A stretch of DNA of 20,026 bases from Candidatus Jordarchaeia archaeon (GTDB lineage Archaea > Asgardarchaeota > Jordiarchaeia > Jordiarchaeales > Jordiarchaeaceae). The stretch covers positions 1 to 20,026 of the forward strand of contig JAHQXB010000062.1 of NCBI GenBank assembly GCA_029856435.1, in the 5' to 3' direction. A program made the position numbers and the translations under genes. Below the pieces are notes generated by a model. That model searched no databases. It was not told the DNA's origin and saw only the letters and a list, made by a program, of their open reading frames with translations. Each line of letters opens with the position of its first letter. The first letter of the stretch is position 1. Of this stretch, positions 17,075 to 20,026 are shown in pieces.

Positions 17075-17497
17075 ATGCAAAAAGGCAAATTCCTATCAAC
17101 TCTATTACCCTACGTTTTGTTACTTTTCCCACTACTACTATCATTATCCAGTTTAACTAGCGCAAATGTCCAATTATTGGCATCAGAAGATATAACGAGC
17201 TACATATACAACTTTTTGAGTGATCAGGCTAACAAGGCTTGGACTTTCCAATTAACCATTACTATCACAGCTTTTGTACTTGTTTTTGTGTTAGTCATAT
17301 CAGTTGTCTCAAGGCTGAGAAGTCGTGCTTCTACTACTGGTGCCACTGTAAGAGCTGGCAAAGCCCATCCAGCGCCTCAAGCCCAAGTTTTCACGGCTCC
17401 CGCACCTTCAGTTCAGGGTGGCGTTCTTTGTCCTTACTGCGGATTCGACAATGTGCAGGGTGCAAAGTTTTGCGTAAGATGCGGCAAAACGCTATAG
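17075..17497 (+). CDS. Small membrane protein with C-terminal double zinc ribbon, 140 aa
   Basis: N-terminal hydrophobic signal/TM segment, second TM (FQLTITITAFVLVFVLVISVV) followed by a basic stop, Ala/Pro/Gln linker, then CPYCG-x8-FCVRCG. Confidence 0.85.
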   Translation: MQKGKFLSTLLPYVLLLFPLLLSLSSLTSANVQLLASEDITSYIYNFLSDQANKAWTFQLTITITAFVLVFVLVISVVSRLRSRASTTGATVRAGKAHPAPQAQVFTAPAPSVQGGVLCPYCGFDNVQGAKFCVRCGKTL

Positions 17498-17555
17498 ACG
17501 ACATCTTAAGATACTTTAGAGGGTATCATGACCAAAAACTGGGAGTCAGCAAAGG

Positions 17556-17580
17556 CCTCCTCCCCCTTTTTTTAATTTTT
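17556..17580 (+). terminator. Pyrimidine/T-tract terminator candidate
   Basis: CCTCCTCCCCCTTTTTTTAATTTTT between convergent genes. Confidence 0.35.
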
Positions 17581-17687
17581 GTAATTATCATTTCTCCCAC
17601 TTTTTGATAACTAAAACATATTTTCCTTATTTTCTACAAGTTATATGTGTTCTTAAATTATATAATTTTTAGAAGCGTTCAACTTTT

Positions 17688-19448
17688 TTACTCATATCTA
17701 GTCATTTTTGATATTCCAAAGTGAAGTGAAAAATAAGCCGCAAAAATTCCTACTATGAGTGCTATTAGAATTCCTATTCCCCTCGAGATTATGGGAGACA
17801 CTGAGAATATTGATAGAAGCAGATTAGAAATGTTTGGGAAAACTTGCAGCATTCCTTCCAAAGTGGAATAGGAACTTATCGCGTTTAGCACCCAGGGATA
17901 GACTGCGAATAGTATCATTAATCCACCTATTAGTGTCACTATGCCTCCTATTAGGGTGGAGTTTAACAAGTGTCCTCCGCTCTCCTCCTGTAGAACTGGT
18001 CGCGAACTATATATTCCTAAAGCTACTGCACAGCTTATAATCACCATAAAGAGCATCACCGGAACCACGATATGAATGCCTGGACTCTGGCTTCCTAAAA
18101 TTATCTGAAGAATTATTCCTGAAATCAAACCCAGGGGTAATCCTAGTATGAGCATTTCGCCAAACTTGGAGAGAACCAGCACCCTAATGCCTTGGGGGGC
18201 CTTTTTGTAGGTTAATAGTAGGAGTTTCCCCTTAACCGTCATCTGTGAGGCCTCGATTTGCCCAATCATGGTACTCACCATAATAATGAAGAGGAAAGCT
18301 GTGCCCGGGGAGATTAGGAGGCTAATGGGGTCGGTGCTTGAGTAGAAGCTTGAAACTAGTTTGGTTACTGCCAAGAAATACAGTATTATTGGGAAGACAA
18401 AGACGATTATAATTCTGGTTAGGCTCTCGGGGTCACGGAAGAATTCTTTTAACTGGACAACCGTCAATTTGCCAACCTTGGTGGGCATAATTTTTCGCAG
18501 ATACCTGTAAATTTTCCCCTCCCCCTTTATGGTCACTATTCCCTCTCCGATGAGGTCAAGCTGCCTAATTCTGCGAACAACCAGTACCCCTATCAGAAAA
18601 ACCATTCCCAAAAAAGTTAGAAGCAAGGTTAAACTGGTTAAAACATCAGGAGAGAGTAAAACCGGGTAATAAAAGATTCCAGGATACTTGATTAGGGTTA
18701 GATTGGTTCCCGCCACGGAGTAATAAATTATGTTTGAAGTCCAAGTTGTGGGCGAATACCACATGTTGATGGTTGCAGTTTGGGAGCTTGATAGAATAAA
18801 GAAGGCCGAACCAATTATGATTGCTGTGATAATGATTACTGCTTTTGCCAAATCTCTATACTTTGGAGAACTCTGGTTTCTCAATTTTAAATAAGCAGAC
18901 AATAGCAATCCTATCCACAGCCCGCTGGTATAGAGCACGACTACAGTTAAAGCCACGGAGATAGGGAATAGGGGGCCAGGGTATCCATACTCAATTATAA
19001 CAGGCAGGGTGGCAATGCTGAAAAATGAGAGAAAAATCGGTACTGGAAACATGTTAACTAGAATTCCCCCCAAAAAAATGTCTTTGGGCTTTACCGGGCT
19101 AGAGTAGAGAATATCCATGTTCTCTGAGCCAATTTCTCGAAGAACATTCGCTAAACCCCCAATGACAGGGAAGAAGAAACTAAGAAGAGAAATAAACTGG
19201 CCAACCACAAGCGTCACATCAATCTGCGGATACAATGAAGGCATAGTTGTTTCAGGGACTCCCAAAACGTATCTTAAGAGCTCCACAGAACCATTATTAA
19301 AATGAATAATGTTTCCCGCCTGTATTACCACTAGGAATGCAATCACTGGAACCGCAATTAAAAGCGGTAGAATAAATGGTCTGAAACCACGTACGCCAGA
19401 AGTAATTAACCGATACTCGTTTTTGGCAATAGTATACCAAGTAGGCAT
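17688..19448 (-). CDS. Polytopic membrane protein, tandem ABC-2-type (exporter) permease-like, 586 aa
   Basis: About 12 hydrophobic segments in two halves by eye. Each half opens with an ABC-2-like amphipathic helix (IAKNEYRL; VVQLKEFFRD). The first half has a coupling-helix-like DILYSSPVKPKDIFLG. Confidence 0.7.
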   Translation of the reverse strand: MPTWYTIAKNEYRLITSGVRGFRPFILPLLIAVPVIAFLVVIQAGNIIHFNNGSVELLRYVLGVPETTMPSLYPQIDVTLVVGQFISLLSFFFPVIGGLANVLREIGSENMDILYSSPVKPKDIFLGGILVNMFPVPIFLSFFSIATLPVIIEYGYPGPLFPISVALTVVVLYTSGLWIGLLLSAYLKLRNQSSPKYRDLAKAVIIITAIIIGSAFFILSSSQTATINMWYSPTTWTSNIIYYSVAGTNLTLIKYPGIFYYPVLLSPDVLTSLTLLLTFLGMVFLIGVLVVRRIRQLDLIGEGIVTIKGEGKIYRYLRKIMPTKVGKLTVVQLKEFFRDPESLTRIIIVFVFPIILYFLAVTKLVSSFYSSTDPISLLISPGTAFLFIIMVSTMIGQIEASQMTVKGKLLLLTYKKAPQGIRVLVLSKFGEMLILGLPLGLISGIILQIILGSQSPGIHIVVPVMLFMVIISCAVALGIYSSRPVLQEESGGHLLNSTLIGGIVTLIGGLMILFAVYPWVLNAISSYSTLEGMLQVFPNISNLLLSIFSVSPIISRGIGILIALIVGIFAAYFSLHFGISKMTRYE

Positions 19449-19899
19449 GCATTACGCCTAACAGTACTTATTTTTAAATCTTGTTTAAAAGTTCCATCAA
19501 AAACTCTCACTTGTAAAAATGACAAATTTCCCGAGACAACACATTCACAAAAATTTAAAATAATTCCTACAAAAGAACAGAGGTTTAAGATTTAAAGGAA
19601 AAATTAACATGTTTAATTCCAAAGTGAAAAAGTGGAGGCTAATTTAGAAAGACTGGGGGATGCCTAAAGCGGTGGTATATGGGTACCCAAATGCGAACTT
19701 AATGACCCCTATGCCCGAAATCCCAAACACCATCTTCTCAGTGTACCCCGAGAGAAACGCTGTTTTCATATACTACTATTCGGACCCTATAAATACATGG
19801 ATTATGAATACTGCAAGAGAAACGACATTGACATAATCCGGGTGGAATTTGGGGGCACCCCATTCTGGGCAGACGTCGGCCACTTCTTGCCGGATTTAT

Positions 19900-20026
19900 A
19901 AAGACCACCTTAAGAAGACCACCGTTTTCAAATGGTGTATGAGTTGAGGTTTCCCTCGATGTGCTTCCGAATTGTCTCCGCTGAAACGTGGCCCGCCGTC
20001 CCGATGTAGTAGCCCGGAGACCATTA
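19900..20026 (+). mobile_element. Left end (LE) of a second IS200/IS605-family element, running off the window edge. The exact boundary is uncertain.
   Basis: AAGAAGAC-CACCGTTTTCAAATGGTG-TATGAGTT (19912-19945) with hairpin 19920-19937, matching the AAGAAG.CCC...GGG.ATGAATT LE layout and overlapping the 3' end of a minus-strand tnpA. A candidate target motif TTTAT lies at 19895-19899. Confidence 0.7.
19928..20026 (-). pseudogene. tnpA: C-terminal fragment of an IS200/IS605 Y1 (HUH) transposase, inactivated
   Basis: Minus strand reads *WSPGYYIGTAGHVSAETIRKHIEGNLNSYTI*, matching the TnpA signature W..SYY..T.G.VS.E.I..YI..Q. There is an in-frame TAA at 20024-20026, and His (19961-19963) replaces the catalytic Tyr. 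Confidence 0.85.

Noticed and set aside
1041-19305. Short overlapping or antisense ORFs in the track (e.g. 1041-1238, 1966-2271, 2474-2815, 4933-5364, 7714-8088, 9869-10069, 11062-11440, 12235-12639, 14389-14640, 17239-17607)
   Set aside because: They are shadows of well-supported genes or of the pseudogene/MITE, with no motifs or ribosome-binding sites.
19660-19836. 58-codon plus-strand ORF (MPKAVVYGYP...) and a stop-interrupted hydrophobic frame on the opposite strand (about 19644-19887)
   Set aside because: No recognisable motif and the strand cannot be decided. It may be a remnant of a gene cut by the IS. BLASTX would decide.
84-19899. Composite transposon bounded by the two IS200/IS605 ends
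   Set aside because: The order is RE then LE (inside-out), the hairpins differ, the visible tnpA is dead, and the cargo looks chromosomal.
1-20026. CRISPR array, tRNA, rRNA
   Set aside because: No regularly spaced repeats and no cloverleaf or rRNA-like sequence were seen by eye. tRNAscan-SE/Infernal would be the formal check.

Overview
About 20 kb of moderately AT-rich chromosomal DNA that is probably archaeal (GAGGTG/GGGGTGA/GGAGG ribosome-binding sites, TATA-like boxes, T-tract terminator candidates). The lineage cannot be fixed from the sequence alone. Eleven intact CDSs: a macrodomain protein, a class I SAM methyltransferase, an AAG/Mpg DNA glycosylase, a DUF4139-like protein, an M20 amidohydrolase, a type II P-type ATPase with non-canonical ion-binding residues, a PPP Ser/Thr phosphatase, a GH31 glycosidase with altered active-site motifs, two coupled Cys4-zinc proteins of unknown function, a membrane-anchored double zinc ribbon protein and a tandem ABC-2-like permease. 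Mobile DNA missed by the ORF track: an IS200/IS605 right end with a predicted omegaRNA/guide (1-83), a 144-bp MITE with 36-bp TIRs and a 10-bp target duplication inside a frameshifted desuccinylase/aspartoacylase pseudogene, a probable IS1380-like transposase relic, and an IS200/IS605 left end with a dead tnpA tail at the right edge. The best candidate for an undescribed system is the zinc-finger/TPR-like two-gene operon with its divergent membrane zinc-ribbon neighbour (13803-17497). No rRNA, tRNA or CRISPR array was seen. All family assignments come from motif recognition by eye, not from database searches.
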